64,000 nucleotides of DNA from positions 28,458,001-28,522,000 of the forward strand of contig OX597831.1 in assembly GCA_951406725.2 (NCBI GenBank). The letters are read 5' to 3'. This document shows positions 16,848 to 29,677 of this stretch, one piece after another. The notes beneath the pieces were generated by a model. That model saw only the letters and a program-made list of their open reading frames with translations, searched no databases and was not told where the DNA came from. Position numbers and translations under genes: made by a program. Source of the DNA: Octopus vulgaris (taxonomy: Eukaryota). Position 1 is the stretch's first letter. Every line of letters begins with the position of its first letter.

Positions 16848-17429
16848 TGTATGTATGTATGTATGTATGTATGTATGTATGTATCTATCTATCTACTTAT
16901 ATATATATATATATATAGATATATGCATGCATACATACATGCATGCATACATACATACATGCATATATAATATAACAATACACAGACAAAGACTCGCACG
17001 CACGTACATGCATACATAAATACATAATACTCATATATATTCTTTAACTCTTTTACTTGTTTCAGTCATTCTCTCGGGGCCATGCTGGAGCACCGCCTTA
17101 ATTGTTTTGTCTCCTATACATACGATATTACTACATACGTTTATGAACTTACGCCTATATAGGAGTCATTACAGACACACACACAAAACACACACACTCA
17201 CACGCGCACATATCTATATATAATTGATATATGTGTATATGTATATATATGCATAATAAAATTTTGAGCGAGGTATAAACAATAGCTGCACGACATCGTG
17301 AAGTATATTTGCCACTTAAATGTGGCTAACACTTAAGGGTTGATGCTACTGTAGCTTGTAGCCCCAGGAAGATATTTCCTCAAGCTGGCTATTGACACAC
17401 ATATGTATGTATGTATGTATGCATGTATG

Positions 17430-17463
<34 letters not shown>

Positions 17464-17493
17464 TGTATGTATGTATGTATGTATGTATGTATG

Positions 17494-17546
<53 letters not shown>

Positions 17547-17556
17547 AGATAGATGT

Positions 17557-17885
17557 GAAGGCGCATGGCTCTTTGGTTAAAGCGTCGAGCTTATGATCGT
17601 GAGGTGTGAGTTCGATCCCCGGGTCGGGTGCGTGTTGTGTTCTTGAGCAATACACTTTATTTCACGTTGCTCCAGTTCATTCATCTGTAGAAATGATTTG
17701 CGACGTCACAGGTGCCAAGCTGTATCGGCCCCTTTGCCTTTCCCTTGGATAACATCAGTTGTGTGGAGAGGGAAGGCTGGTATGCATGGGCGACTGCTGG
17801 CCTTCCACAACCTTGCCCGGACTTGCCTGGGAGGGTAACTTTCTAGGTGCAATCCCACGGTCAGTTATGACCGAAGGGGGCCTCC
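17557..17885 (+). mobile_element. SINE family C, near full length
   Basis: gaaggcgcatggctctttggttaa...gagttcgatccc...tgtgttcttgagcaatacactttatttcacgttgctccag. Confidence 0.85.
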
Positions 17886-18013
17886 TCCTCCTAGATAGAT
17901 AGATACATAGATACATAGATTCTGTATGTCTGATATATATGTATATACTCATATATACGCATATAAAGAAGTTTCCGGTGTATATATGTATACATGCAAA
18001 TATATATATATAT

Positions 18014-18061
<48 letters not shown>

Positions 18062-18856
18062 ATATACGTTTGTATCATTTTTACTGTGACTCTCATTGCG
18101 TATCTCAACTCCAAAAACATCAATAGTTGTTTAACGACATTATTAAAATATGTTCTGTTCATTTCAATATCGCAGAAAAAAGAATAGTTTTCCATTTCGA
18201 TCAGCAGAATGGTAGTAACATGAAAGCGTTTAATATATTTCTTCTCGAAATTTCCTGAGAAGAGTGGATGTTGTCGAAGGTTATTTATCGATTTTCTTTT
18301 TCTTTTCTTTTTTTTTTTTTTTTTTTTGCAAAATTATACATTAACGTAGCTCCCTGTCGTTTGGCGAGCAGCCATTTTGATGAAGTGAGTTAAGATCGTT
18401 TAGTCATTCATAAATAAACCTCATTTTACATCCAGAAAACATTGGATATTAAATATAGATATAAACACATTTATGTAATCGTTAATTTGCGCAATTGCAA
18501 AGTCTCTAGAGATATTAAATAAATGAATTCATACACACTTTTATACATACATAATTACACACACACATAGGCATAGGTATATATTTATATATATATATGT
18601 GAGTGTTTGTATGTATTAGTTTATATATAAGTTTTGGGTGTATACCCTGATACGGAAACTTACTAAGTTATATGTTTGAGGTTTGTAATAATGCTTTACA
18701 AAAATGTACACGCACACATACATACACATATGTGTACATATACATATGTATATATACATTCATATATATATATATACATTTATATATAATACACACACAC
18801 GCTCACACACATATATATAGCAAGTGATGTTTGACACATGAAGCAATTTCACGGAT

Positions 18857-18990
18857 ATTAGTTTCGAATTTTGGCACAAGGCCAGGAATTTCGAAGGAGA
18901 AGCTAAGTCGAGTACATCGACCCCAGTGCTCAACTGGTACTTATTTTATCGCCCCACCCCCACCGTCACAAGCATGAATAGCAAAGTCAA
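18857..18990 (-). mobile_element. SINE family A, 3' part
   Basis: cgaccccagtgctcaactggtacttattttatcg...gcaaagtcaac. Confidence 0.75.
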
Positions 18991-19108
18991 CGTACTCCAG
19001 CAATTCCACAGACACAGGCTATCAGAAAACTGATATATAAGAATTTTTTGCGTAATAGATAAAAAAAAACCAAGGCTGTGTAGATATTAGAACATTTATA
19101 GATAGAAG

Positions 19109-19160
19109 GTCTTACAGCTGTTTCCAGGATATTTATTAATTATATCCCTTCACCGGAGAC
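19109..19160 (-). ncRNA. Type I minimal hammerhead ribozyme-like fold
   Basis: Minus strand: GUCU CCGGUGA A GGGAUAU-loop-AUAUCCU G GAAA CAG CUG UA AGAC. Stem I GUCU/AGAC, palindromic stem III ACAGCUGU, GUA site; core deviates at U4 and A6. Confidence 0.65.
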
Positions 19161-19324
19161 GGTGTGAAAGGATGGTTAAGTAATAGTTAATTTAGATACG
19201 ATACAAAATAGAGAGTGAGGTGGATGATATATAGTTGAAATTTATAGAAAAACAAATGACGAAGACAGGTGTATGAACATCAAGCAAGTGTATTAGTTTG
19301 ACGCTTGAGAAAACGAAAAAAAAT

Positions 19325-19360
19325 CTTTTACGTTTCGAGCCTATGCTCTTCAACAGAAAG
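19325..19360 (-). ncRNA. Type I minimal hammerhead-like fold (non-A at position 6)
   Basis: CUUU CUGUUGA A GAGC-AUAG-GCUC GAAA CG UA AAAG. Confidence 0.65.
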
Positions 19361-19908
19361 GAATGAGAAAATAAACAAAGAGAGAATGAAAAAAACTTGA
19401 AGATTTAACGGTAAAGCATGGTGAATGATTAGAAAAATGTTTGAAAGAAAAAGAGATATTAATAAAAAAAAAGAGGTTAAAGATAGGGAGATAATAAAGT
19501 GTTGGTGATCCTAAATGAAGGTGCGTGTGTGAGAAAATGGTGAGTGTGAATGTGTATGTGTGAATAGGGGCAAGTGACTCTGAGGTGTTTGAGTGTGTGC
19601 GTGTGTTAGTGTGGCGTCTGTAACGTGTGTTTGTGTGTAGCAGTTGAAGTGTGCTTGTTCACGTGGTATGTGTACATGTATGTGTGTGTGTCAGTGACCA
19701 AACATGTGTATGGCGTATATATTTGAGCGAAAGTTATCTTTGTCTATGTATGTAGCGTGTGTTAGTACGTGTTGCGTGTGTATGTATATCTAGCCTATGT
19801 TGAGGTATTATGTGCTTGTGTGGGTGTGAGAGTTTATATTGTCTGTGTTATATATAAGTAGGTCTAATTCAGCTGTTTTGCAGTAGATCGAAGAATTCTA
19901 CATTATGA

Positions 19909-19956
19909 ACACCGTTAATCGATTTTTGAATCATACTGGATTCTCATCAGAGGCAT
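19909..19956 (-). ncRNA. Degenerate hammerhead-like fold
   Basis: AUGCCU CUGAUGA GAAUC-CAGUAU-GAUUC AAAA AUCGAU UA A(C)GGUGU; G12 replaced by A. Confidence 0.55.
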
Positions 19957-20021
19957 TTGCATCAATTTGACCAATTCCGGAGAAACAAGAAATCAATCAT
20001 TTCATATACTCGACACTTACA

Positions 20022-20088
<67 letters not shown>

Positions 20089-20141
20089 CCTTCCTCCCTC
20101 CCTCCCTCCCTCCCACCATCCATCCATCTATCCATCCATCC

Positions 20142-20256
<115 letters not shown>

Positions 20257-20264
20257 CGTCTATG

Positions 20265-21059
20265 GGGCCGACCTGCCCGTTCTGCACGCACTCGTGAAGT
20301 GTCCAACAATTTCCGACCTGTGGGCTTATGTCGAACAACTGCTGTCACGTGTGGGACGAGTCGGTTTATCAGCTGAATCTATCGTCAATATTGTCACGCC
20401 TCCTTCCTTGAAACGGGAAAGAAGAGCTATTTTCTTCATCCTTGTGGCTATGGCGAAAGAATATATCTGGTGGACGCGTCTGAAAGGATTGGAGACAAAC
20501 GCTTTACTCTCTGGTCAATCTCTCATCAACTTCTTCAAGTATCACTTGAAAAGGAAAGTGAGAGTAGAGAGGCAAGTTTTGTCTAGCGAATGTTTTAAAA
20601 AAGATGGGTGAATGTAGCAAGGATGGCACGTATGAATGACGAAGCCACCTTGAGCACAATCCTATGAACCCAGAAATTGAAAACAGAGGGTTACCCACTT
20701 GCAAACAAATGTGGTAAAATATAACAATATTGACCGAGGTTACCGTGGTCTTTTTCGTAGGCTTTTCTTCCCACGGATAAACCTTATCTGCTTCCCCCTT
20801 TACACCGTACATCATGACACTGTGATACACGATCCCTATTGATCGTTTTTTTCCCTCTTCCTCCTTCTTCCTCTTTTTTTCTTCTTTTTTCTTTTCTCTT
20901 TTCTTTTGTTTCTTTTCCTTTTTTCTTTTTTCTTTTTTCCCTTTTACGATCCCTTTTGATCGAAAACCTACGCCACTTTTTTTTTTCACATCCCAAAAGA
21001 AAAGCTCTACCTTGTAATTTGTCCCATCTGTGTGCAGCACTTTGTGGCTAATAAAGAAA
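20265..21059 (+). mobile_element. L1/Tx1-clade LINE, 5'-truncated 3' end with TSD
   Basis: HALVKCPTISDLW (end of zinc knuckle)...AKEYIWWTR...; pyrimidine-rich 3' UTR ending AATAAAGAAA; 16-bp TSD TATCTATCCGTCTATG at 20249-20264 and 21062-21077. Confidence 0.8.
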
Positions 21060-21129
21060 CTTATCTATCCGTCTATGTAAACATACATATATTTTTTTAT
21101 TATATAAACCCTCTAGTTTGTCAATGCAA

Positions 21130-21535
21130 GCAAATGAGACTATTGATAGTTGTAGTAGGGTGTGATGTTTATTTAAACAGAATTTCTCCTTCATGTGGCT
21201 CGAGTTTCACACCACAGCGATCTTCAGGTGATAACTGTATAAAGATCGCAGCAATGTGAAAGTTGAGACGTGAACAAAGGAAATCTAATATGTTTATGTG
21301 TGTGCGTGTCTGTGTTAGGGTCTGTGTGCGTGTGTGTATTTGCGTTGTGTTTGTCCTTCATAACAGTTTCACAACTACTGCTGGTTTGTTTACGTCCCTG
21401 TAACTTAGTTATAGAATATATACCGGAGCTTAAAATAACTACTGGGATTGATGTGTTCAATTAAACCCTTTAAGAGTGTGCCCCAGCATGGCCACCACCT
21501 AATGACTGAACTAAGTCAAAGAAGATAAAAGAAGA
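21130..21535 (+). mobile_element. Degenerate SINE family B
   Basis: gtttacgtccctgtaacttag...ccccagcatggccacc...atgactgaa. Confidence 0.6.
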
Positions 21536-22619
21536 TATGTACACACACACGCACACATACACACACACACACATACACACACACACGCGCGCACGCACAG
21601 GTATATACGCTGGTATGTGCGTATAGGTGCTGATGCATTTCTATCGGAGGCCCGGAAAACAAAAGCCACGTGACGAGACATTAATCCTAACGAGAACAAA
21701 CAACCATTTTGTTTTCGTTGCATCTCTGAAATTCTTTTCCTGACAAGCACGACACGCAACGACACCGAAGCATGACGCATGCGTAAAGAAAATATTTACA
21801 ACACACACACACACATACAAAAAATAATTGCCGTCGCAAATAAACACACACAGGCACATACAAACACACATACAAACACACAGACACCGTACATATGTTT
21901 GCAGAAAAGATCCGGAAAAGCTAATAAAAAGCATCAGTTGTATTTTGGTTTGTGACTCAGTGGAAATAAAATTCAAACAGGCGATCAAACAAATAATTAT
22001 CGATAATCACCGTATTCCAGATAATTAAACAAAATGTATGTTATTATCAGTTCTAATGCTGTTGCATTTCTCAGTAGAGATGGTTGTAATTTTGGTTTAA
22101 ATTTTTAAAAATTTATCGATGAAATTTTTCATCCAGAATTCGTCAGTAATTCCACTCGTGTAGATGAATATCTGCTGGAACTTTCCAGTTTAGCTTTGAT
22201 TATCCCCGGTTATTACATTACATTAGTGTGTCCCTCTTCTCCTCCCCATCCTTCATCTCCGTGTATATATATATATATATACATGTATGTATATATATAT
22301 ATATATACAAATATATATGTATGTATATATAAATATATATACATACATCTACATATATGTGTGTGTGTGTGTGTGTTTATGTGTGTGTGAATGTATGTAT
22401 GTGTGTATGTGCGTATATATATGTATATATGTGTATGTATATATACATCTGTGTGTGTGTATATACATATATATATACATGTATGTATGTATGTATGTAT
22501 GTTTGTATGTATGTATGTATGTATGTATGTATGTATGTATGTATGTATGTATATTTGTATGTATGTATGTATGTATGTATAGGCATGTTTAAATATACAC
22601 CTGCACCCTACCCTTATGC

Positions 22620-22847
22620 ATTCTTTTATCGTTTAACTTGTTGGATTGGTTGAAACGAGAAAGCAGGTATGCTAGGGGTCGGCATTGATGAATTCACAGG
22701 ATCAAATCGTCACTGGGACGCATATTTTAAACCTGGTACTTATTTTTACTTTTAGTTATCTTTTGAACATCTACTAAGCTTACAGGGACATAAATAAGCC
22801 AACACCGCTTGTGTTAGTCGGTTAGAGGTAAACAGAGTCATGAAGAT

Positions 22848-22886
<39 letters not shown>

Positions 22887-23035
22887 CATGACAGACTTCC
22901 GTACAGTTTCCATCTACGAAATACAATTAAAGTCATTGTTCGGACAGGGATGTTGTAGAATACCGACTAGTGGGACTGAACCCGAAACCCAAAAGTTACG
23001 AAGCAAGCTTCTTAAATACACTGCTATAGTTGCGC
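22620..23035 (-). mobile_element. Degenerate SINE family B
   Basis: cagtttccatctac...tgggactgaacccgaaacc. Confidence 0.55.
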
Positions 23036-23099
23036 CTATATGTATGCATGCATATATATACATATACATACATAATACATACATACATATATACACACC

Positions 23100-23145
<46 letters not shown>

Positions 23146-23372
23146 CACACACATAAGTAGGAAGTAGTGGCACACCAAGGCACCAATTTTTGCTGGAAAT
23201 ACCAGTCGATAACCGTTCCTGTTTATAATTCTACATTGACTGTGTTATAGTTCGTTGGAAAATAATATTATTGTATTGTAATAACATACACACGCACACA
23301 CACACACATATGTATCTATATATATATATATGTATGTATATATATATATGTATGTATGTATATATATATATG

Positions 23373-23429
<57 letters not shown>

Positions 23430-23442
23430 GTATGTGTGTGTC

Positions 23443-23482
<40 letters not shown>

Positions 23483-23599
23483 TGTGTGCGTGTGTGTGTG
23501 CATATGTATATATATACGACGGCCAAGACTACATAACCCAACATCACAGCCTCTACCTCCCGCTACCAAGTTTTCCACCAGTAACTATATCAATATTAC

Positions 23600-24551
23600 T
23601 ACCAACTTGAACACCACAACAAACATCATCAGTGCAAAAACCACAACTGCCATCACCGCCCCCCAGTAGTAGTAGTAGGACGACCATCACCACCACAACT
23701 GCTTCCACCACCACCACCACCATCTTTCTCATTAACAACAATAACTGCAACAACAGGAACATGACTACCACGTCGAACACCGCCACAGCAAACACCATCT
23801 TTGCCAATAACAACATGATCATCTTAACAGTAACCATCACTGTTACCACCAAGAGCAACAGCATTACATACAGCACTACCACCGAAGCACCACCACAACA
23901 AACACCATCTACAGCAATGTCACCACCAGCACCACCACCATCACCACCATCACCACCATCATCATCATCAGCAACAGTGCTAACACAATTGCCACCTTGA
24001 ACTCTTCAACAAACCTTAGCTGCGCCAATATCACGACGACGACGACCACCACCACCACCACCACCACCACCACCACTACCACGACCACCACCACCACGAT
24101 CACCGCCACCACTACCACCACGACCACCACCGCCACGACCACCACGACCACCACCACCACCACCACGACCATCACGACCACGACCACGACCACCACGACC
24201 ACGACCACGACCACCACCACCATTAACAACAACAGTAACAACAACAACAACAACGCCTATAACCAATCCACCGTCTTTTGTATAGCTATGGACCACCCTT
24301 CCCTCTTACTGCCATGTCTTAAATCCGCCATGTTGCCATATGTTCACCATGTCTCATATCCGCCATATTCTTCCTAAGCTGTTCATAATAAGCAACAAAC
24401 AGTGTTTTTTCTTTATTCCTTCCTTTCTTTGACGTTTATGGAAATTTACAGCAATTTATCCGCTCCATATTTTTTCTTGGCGATTCAGAAAACTTTTGCT
24501 CTTCCAGCATTTCTTCTCGAAGATAATAAAAATGACGGCACCACCACCACC

Positions 24552-24600
<49 letters not shown>
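23600..24600. repeat. Degenerate (ACC)n/(ACG)n/(AAC)n trinucleotide region
   Basis: Visible. Confidence 0.85.
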
Positions 24601-25007
24601 CTGCAGCAACCATTTTTATTTCTTCAGTTTATTCCAGCCATTACAGACCCGGTCATACTGGAGCAAACCTTTATGTGAAAAACCGGATTCTTTGTTATGT
24701 TTAACTATAAACTTTGTCAGCAAATGTCGTTTGTAAATTGCTTTTAATCATTATCAGTACGACCTCATTAATTCAATCACCTTCCGGTTTATTCTATCAC
24801 TGTCATACTTTATTACACTCTCAACCGACGTATCAATGGACATGACTCAGTTTCCAACATTCTTATACATTTTTTTCTTCTTCTCCCTTCATTAGACAAA
24901 GCTATCATGCCTGTATAATACTTCTTGTTGTCTTTATTTTTTTCCCTTTCATTTTATGACGTTGTATTCAGGCTATCTCAAAGCGCCCCACATTATTATT
25001 ATTATTA

Positions 25008-25075
<68 letters not shown>

Positions 25076-25416
25076 AGTAATAGTAGTAGTCGTAGTAGTA
25101 GTAGCAGCCACAGCAGCAGAGGTTATGTAATCTTTATTGTTAATGCGACATAAATGTTGAATATTCAACATGTAACAAGCGCAATGAATTTATGTAAGAA
25201 AAGAGCGAAAAAGGAAGAAAATCTGACGAATCGTTTTCTTCAAAATTCTTTTTAAGTTTGCAAAATCTTGCTTTGCAAAAGGATTTAGAAACAAAAACAA
25301 AAAAACATGCTGTACACTTCAAGCATATTCAAAGAAGAACATGAGAGCCTTTTGCACCATTCGAACCCCTACCAAGACCTCCCCTGCCTCCAATTAAAAA
25401 CATGTTGTTTCTAAGC

Positions 25417-25815
25417 TGGCGAGCTGGCAGAATCGTTAGCACGCCGGGTGAAATGTGTAGCCATATTTCGTCTGTCGTTACGTACTGAGTTCAAATTCTG
25501 CCGAGGTCGACTTTGCCTTTCATCTTTCCGGGGTCGATTAAATAAGCACCAGTTACGCACTGGGGTCGATATAATCGACTTAATCCCTTTGTCTGTCCTT
25601 GTTTGTCCCCTCTATGTAGCCCCTTGTGGGCAATAAAGAAATAAGAAACGTTAGCACGCCGGGCGAAATGCATAGCGATATTTCGTCTGGCTTTACGTTC
25701 AAATTACGCCGAGGTCGACTTTGCTTAAATTAAGTACCAGTTGCCTTCTGGGGTCGATCTAAACGACTGGCTCCTTCCCCCACAATTTCGGGCCTTGTCC
25801 CTAGAGTGGAAAATA
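25417..25815 (+). mobile_element. SINE family A tandem dimer (tail type 1 monomer, then tail type 2 monomer)
   Basis: Full monomer ends tgtgggcaataaagaaataa and restarts at gaaacgttagcacgccggg (25646); second monomer ends ccccacaatttcgggccttgtccctagag. Confidence 0.85.
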
Positions 25816-26120
25816 ATAATATGTTGTTTCTATCTGAGTCTGAATTCCAGTTTGAGATTGACAGAAAAAAGGTAATAATAGAAGTATTTGGGAAGAAGAC
25901 GAGATTCTAAAACTGCTACAGTTCTTTGTAGTATAAGAGCAAGGAGAAGGAAAGTTGGGAGTCGACAGTATAATGTCTGGAAGGTGTCAATATAATGTCT
26001 GGCCTATTTGCATCGATCTTTCTGTCAGTTTAAGCAATAAAGTTAGCAAGGGTGTGAGATGGGATAATTTTCAAACCCTGGAGGTGGTTTGTGTTCCCAC
26101 CAGATTTTATTATTGTTACT

Positions 26121-26365
26121 AGGGCGGTAAAGTGGCAGAATCGTTAGCACACCGAGTAAACTGCTTCACGGTATTTCGTCCGTCTTTACGGACACACCGG
26201 GCGAAATACTTTTACGTTCTGAGTTCAAATTCCGCCGAGGACGACTCTACTTTTTATCCTTTTCGGGGTCGTCAAAATATGAAGCATTCGAGTACTGGGG
26301 TCGATGTAATAGACTATCTCCTCCCCCAAATTCCAGGCCTTGTGTCTATAATTGAAAAGATAATT
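26121..26365 (+). mobile_element. SINE family A (tail type 2)
   Basis: gtggcagaatcgttagcacacc...ctcccccaaattccaggccttgtg. Confidence 0.85.
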
Positions 26366-26398
26366 ATCATAATTATTGTAGTTATACGTAATAACAAT

Positions 26399-26430
<32 letters not shown>

Positions 26431-26847
26431 TATCATTGCTGTTGCTATTAGAAGCAACAGCTGTAGTGCTAGTTGTAATTCTAGTAGTAACACATAGTAG
26501 GAGTAATATATAATATCAAAATTTTTACTACTACTACTACTACTACGTAATGGCCGTCTTTGATGTTAAACGATTTTCAAAGCTAAAATTGTGTTACAAG
26601 TAATTTTGTTTTGAAAATTGAAAAAATGTTGAAGTTAATAACAATAAAGTATTGATTTCAGACACTGGAACAATGAAACATGTTTGGGTTTGACGCGGTT
26701 GAATAATGAAATCTATTCCTCAAAGGGTACTTACGACCGTTCGACTGATCGTATTGACTCTAGGGTGTAACGGGTACTTTTCGGTGTGACACCGTTGTTG
26801 ATGACGATGATGATGCTGCTGTTAATAGTTATAATGATAATAATGAT

Positions 26848-27043
26848 GGCTTCAGAATTTTGGCACAAGGGGATAAATTGATTATATCGACTCTGTTGCT
26901 CAGCTGGTACTTATTTTATCGATCACGAAAGGATGAAAAGCAAAGTCGACATCGGCGGAATTTGAACTCAGAACGTAACGGCAGACGAAATACCGCAAAG
27001 CATTTCGCTCGGCGGGCTAGCGATTCTGCTTGCTCAACGCCTT
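26848..27043 (-). mobile_element. SINE family A
   Basis: ggatgaaaagcaaagtcgacatcggcggaatttgaactcagaacgtaacggcagacgaaatac. Confidence 0.85.
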
Positions 27044-27046
27044 AAC

Positions 27047-27101
<55 letters not shown>

Positions 27102-27104
27102 TAA

Positions 27105-27163
<59 letters not shown>

Positions 27164-27186
27164 ATAATAATAGCAACAACAACAGC

Positions 27187-27233
<47 letters not shown>

Positions 27234-27251
27234 TAATAATAATAATAATAC

Positions 27252-27810
27252 TCATCAGTAAGTGATAAGTGCAGAACCTGTGGACAAAACGGTGAAACCG
27301 GATGGCATATTACCAGCCAATGTACGCCACTGGCCCAGAAGGAATCTAAGAGACGCCACGACAATATAGTCAGGCTTGTCCATTGGATACTTTGCAACAA
27401 GTATGGACTTGACAGAGCAAAAAATTGGTACGACCACAAACCTGAATGCATTGTCGAAAATAGAAATGCAAAGATCCTATGGGATTTTATGATTCAGTGC
27501 GACCATGAGATAGAGAATAAGAAGCCGGACTCATACGCATGAAAGAATTTATGAAAGAATATTACAGAAGCATTAGATAAATACTTAAAACAGAGCTAAA
27601 TGAAAAATAGGCATCATCACTTTAGCTGTAACAGTAATAAGTTATGGTTATAAAATTGTCAGCTATACGCTTAAACGAACTAGTAAGACTCGAAATAAAA
27701 AGTAAAATAATGAGTGCATAGGGAACAATCCTCTAGAATCTGGCATACAAATAATATCAATGACAACAAATATACGGAAACAGGCGCCTTACACAACTAG
27801 AAAACTATTA
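27252..27810 (+). mobile_element. R4/Dong-like LINE fragment(s) starting at (TAA)n
   Basis: DKCRTCGQNGETGWHITSQCTPLAQKESKRRHDNI...KILWDFMIQCDHEIENKKPD (CCHC knuckle, RHD and PD motifs). Confidence 0.8.
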
Positions 27811-28159
27811 TAGCTGACGATGTGCAATAAGGCAGAAACGCACGCGTCTGACAGCCCGTGACGTCATTAATAACTCAATGGTGCGTTTTCACATATTGTG
27901 TATGTTTTATCTCGAGACAATTTCTGCATTGCATGACTTGCTGTGTTTGAATGTACACGTTAAATATGATTGTATAAGCCCATGTTTTGCTGCAGAACAG
28001 CAAAAATATTGAGAAAATGTTAATAGGAAACTAATACACGCATCTACAAAATATGAACAAAACAAAACTTTTCGTTGTGTTTTCAGAGAAAATATAAAAC
28101 AGAGGTTGAAGTGACTGGGATTTAGGAGGAGAAAGATAAAATAGCGACAGAAATTGGGA

Positions 28160-28246
28160 GGCGGTACATATTCTAAAATTGGAACGGTACAGAGAAGATT
28201 AGCATGGCCCCTGTGCAAGGATGACACGCAAATTCGTGAAGCGTTC
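28160..28246 (+). pseudogene. U6: U6 snRNA pseudogene, lacking about the first 11 nt
   Basis: ACATATTCTAAAATTGGAACGGTACAGAGAAGATTAGCATGGCCCCTGTGCAAGGATGACACGCAAATTCGTGAAGCGTTC matches metazoan U6 with a few substitutions. ACAGAGA box and AGC triad intact; 5' stem-loop and a clear TATA are absent. Confidence 0.93.
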
Positions 28247-28259
28247 TGTTTTATTCTAG

Positions 28260-28446
28260 ACGCAGGAGAGGCTGTGCGGTAAGTAGCTTGCTTACCAACC
28301 ACATAGTTCTGGGTACAGTCCCGCTGCGTTGCACCTTGGGCAAGTGTCTTCTATAGCCTCAGGCCGACCAAAGCCTTGTGAGTGGATTTGGTAGACGGAA
28401 ACTGAAAGAAGCCAGTCGTATATATGTGTATATACATATATATGTG

Positions 28447-28513
<67 letters not shown>

Positions 28514-28751
28514 GTATGTGTGTGTGTGTGTGTGTGTATATATGTTTGTGTGTCTGTGTTTGTCCCCCCAACATCGCTTGACAACCGATGCTGGTGTGTT
28601 TACGTCCCCGTAACTTAGCGATTCGGCAAAAGAGACCGACAGAATAAGTACTAGGCTGAAAAAGTGTGGGGTCGATTTGCTCGACTAAAGGCTGGTGCTC
28701 CAGCATGGCCGCAATCAAATGACCGAAACAAGTAAAAGAGTAAAAGAGTAA
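28260..28751 (+). mobile_element. SINE family B, full length
   Basis: cgcaggagaggctgtgcggtaagtagcttg...gaaacaagtaaaagagtaaaagagta. Confidence 0.92.
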
Positions 28752-28879
28752 CGTAGCTAAAACTAGGTCCGCAGAATTCCGTGATAGAAATAGACAAAGA
28801 GAAGTTATAATACTGTTGAGGATCGAAGAAGTCTAGATGTTAGCACAGGATGGAAGTCTTCTAATCAGATACCACAAGA

Positions 28880-29122
28880 ATGTAATGGGGTAGAACAGAG
28901 TCCCTGCAGAATGTGTGGAGATGGAGAAATAACAATTAACCATATTTTCTCTGGTTGTCCAGTCTTAACTAAGAAAGAATATATCCATACACATGACAGA
29001 ATTGGGCTTTACACTGAAAATCATGGCAGCATAATAAAATACCACAGAAAAGATATGTTTAGGTATACGTCAGAAGAGGTCTCTGAGAATAGCAAAGCGA
29101 CCATACTCTAGGATATGCCAAT
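28880..29122 (+). mobile_element. R4/Dong-like LINE fragment
   Basis: CRMCGDGEITINHIFSGCPVLTKKEYIHTHDRIG...IL*DMPI; probably continues at 30670-30790 (CLLIEVSLPSDNTVSLREMEKLS..LEIEITKMW). Confidence 0.75.
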
Positions 29123-29539
29123 CTAATTATAATAAATGCGAAAACTAATTTCTGTGTGTCAGTGTGGCAACACTTTGACCCCTTCACTATTCAATGACAC
29201 TTCTACTATTCCTCATGCTGGAGTGGGAGTAATAGAGACGGTGAAAGCGGTGGTGAAGACAGACAGGGAGTGGGAGGGTTAGAAAAAGAGAGAGAGAGAA
29301 AAAAAGTTAAAGAAATTGAGGGAGAATTGATGTTTTATTAAAAGTAGTAGTGTTGATGGTAGCAGTGGGAGTAATAATAAGAGAAAGAGAGAAAGAGGGA
29401 GATGATATACATGTCTCTAAACAGAAATTCCTGTGTACAACATAATTAACACTGGACCAACATACTGAACACTGAATTATTCTACATATACATTTAGTCT
29501 TTTGCTTTTATCATTTTGTTTATTTTTTTGCTTTCTTTA

Positions 29540-29570
<31 letters not shown>

Positions 29571-29579
29571 TACATACAT

Positions 29580-29677
<98 letters not shown>

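Noticed and set aside
27858-27866. TGACGTCA CRE-like site
   Set aside because: Isolated 8-mer with no associated gene; can occur by chance.
28120-28250. Functional U6 gene
   Set aside because: 5' stem-loop missing, several substitutions, and no recognisable TATA or PSE.
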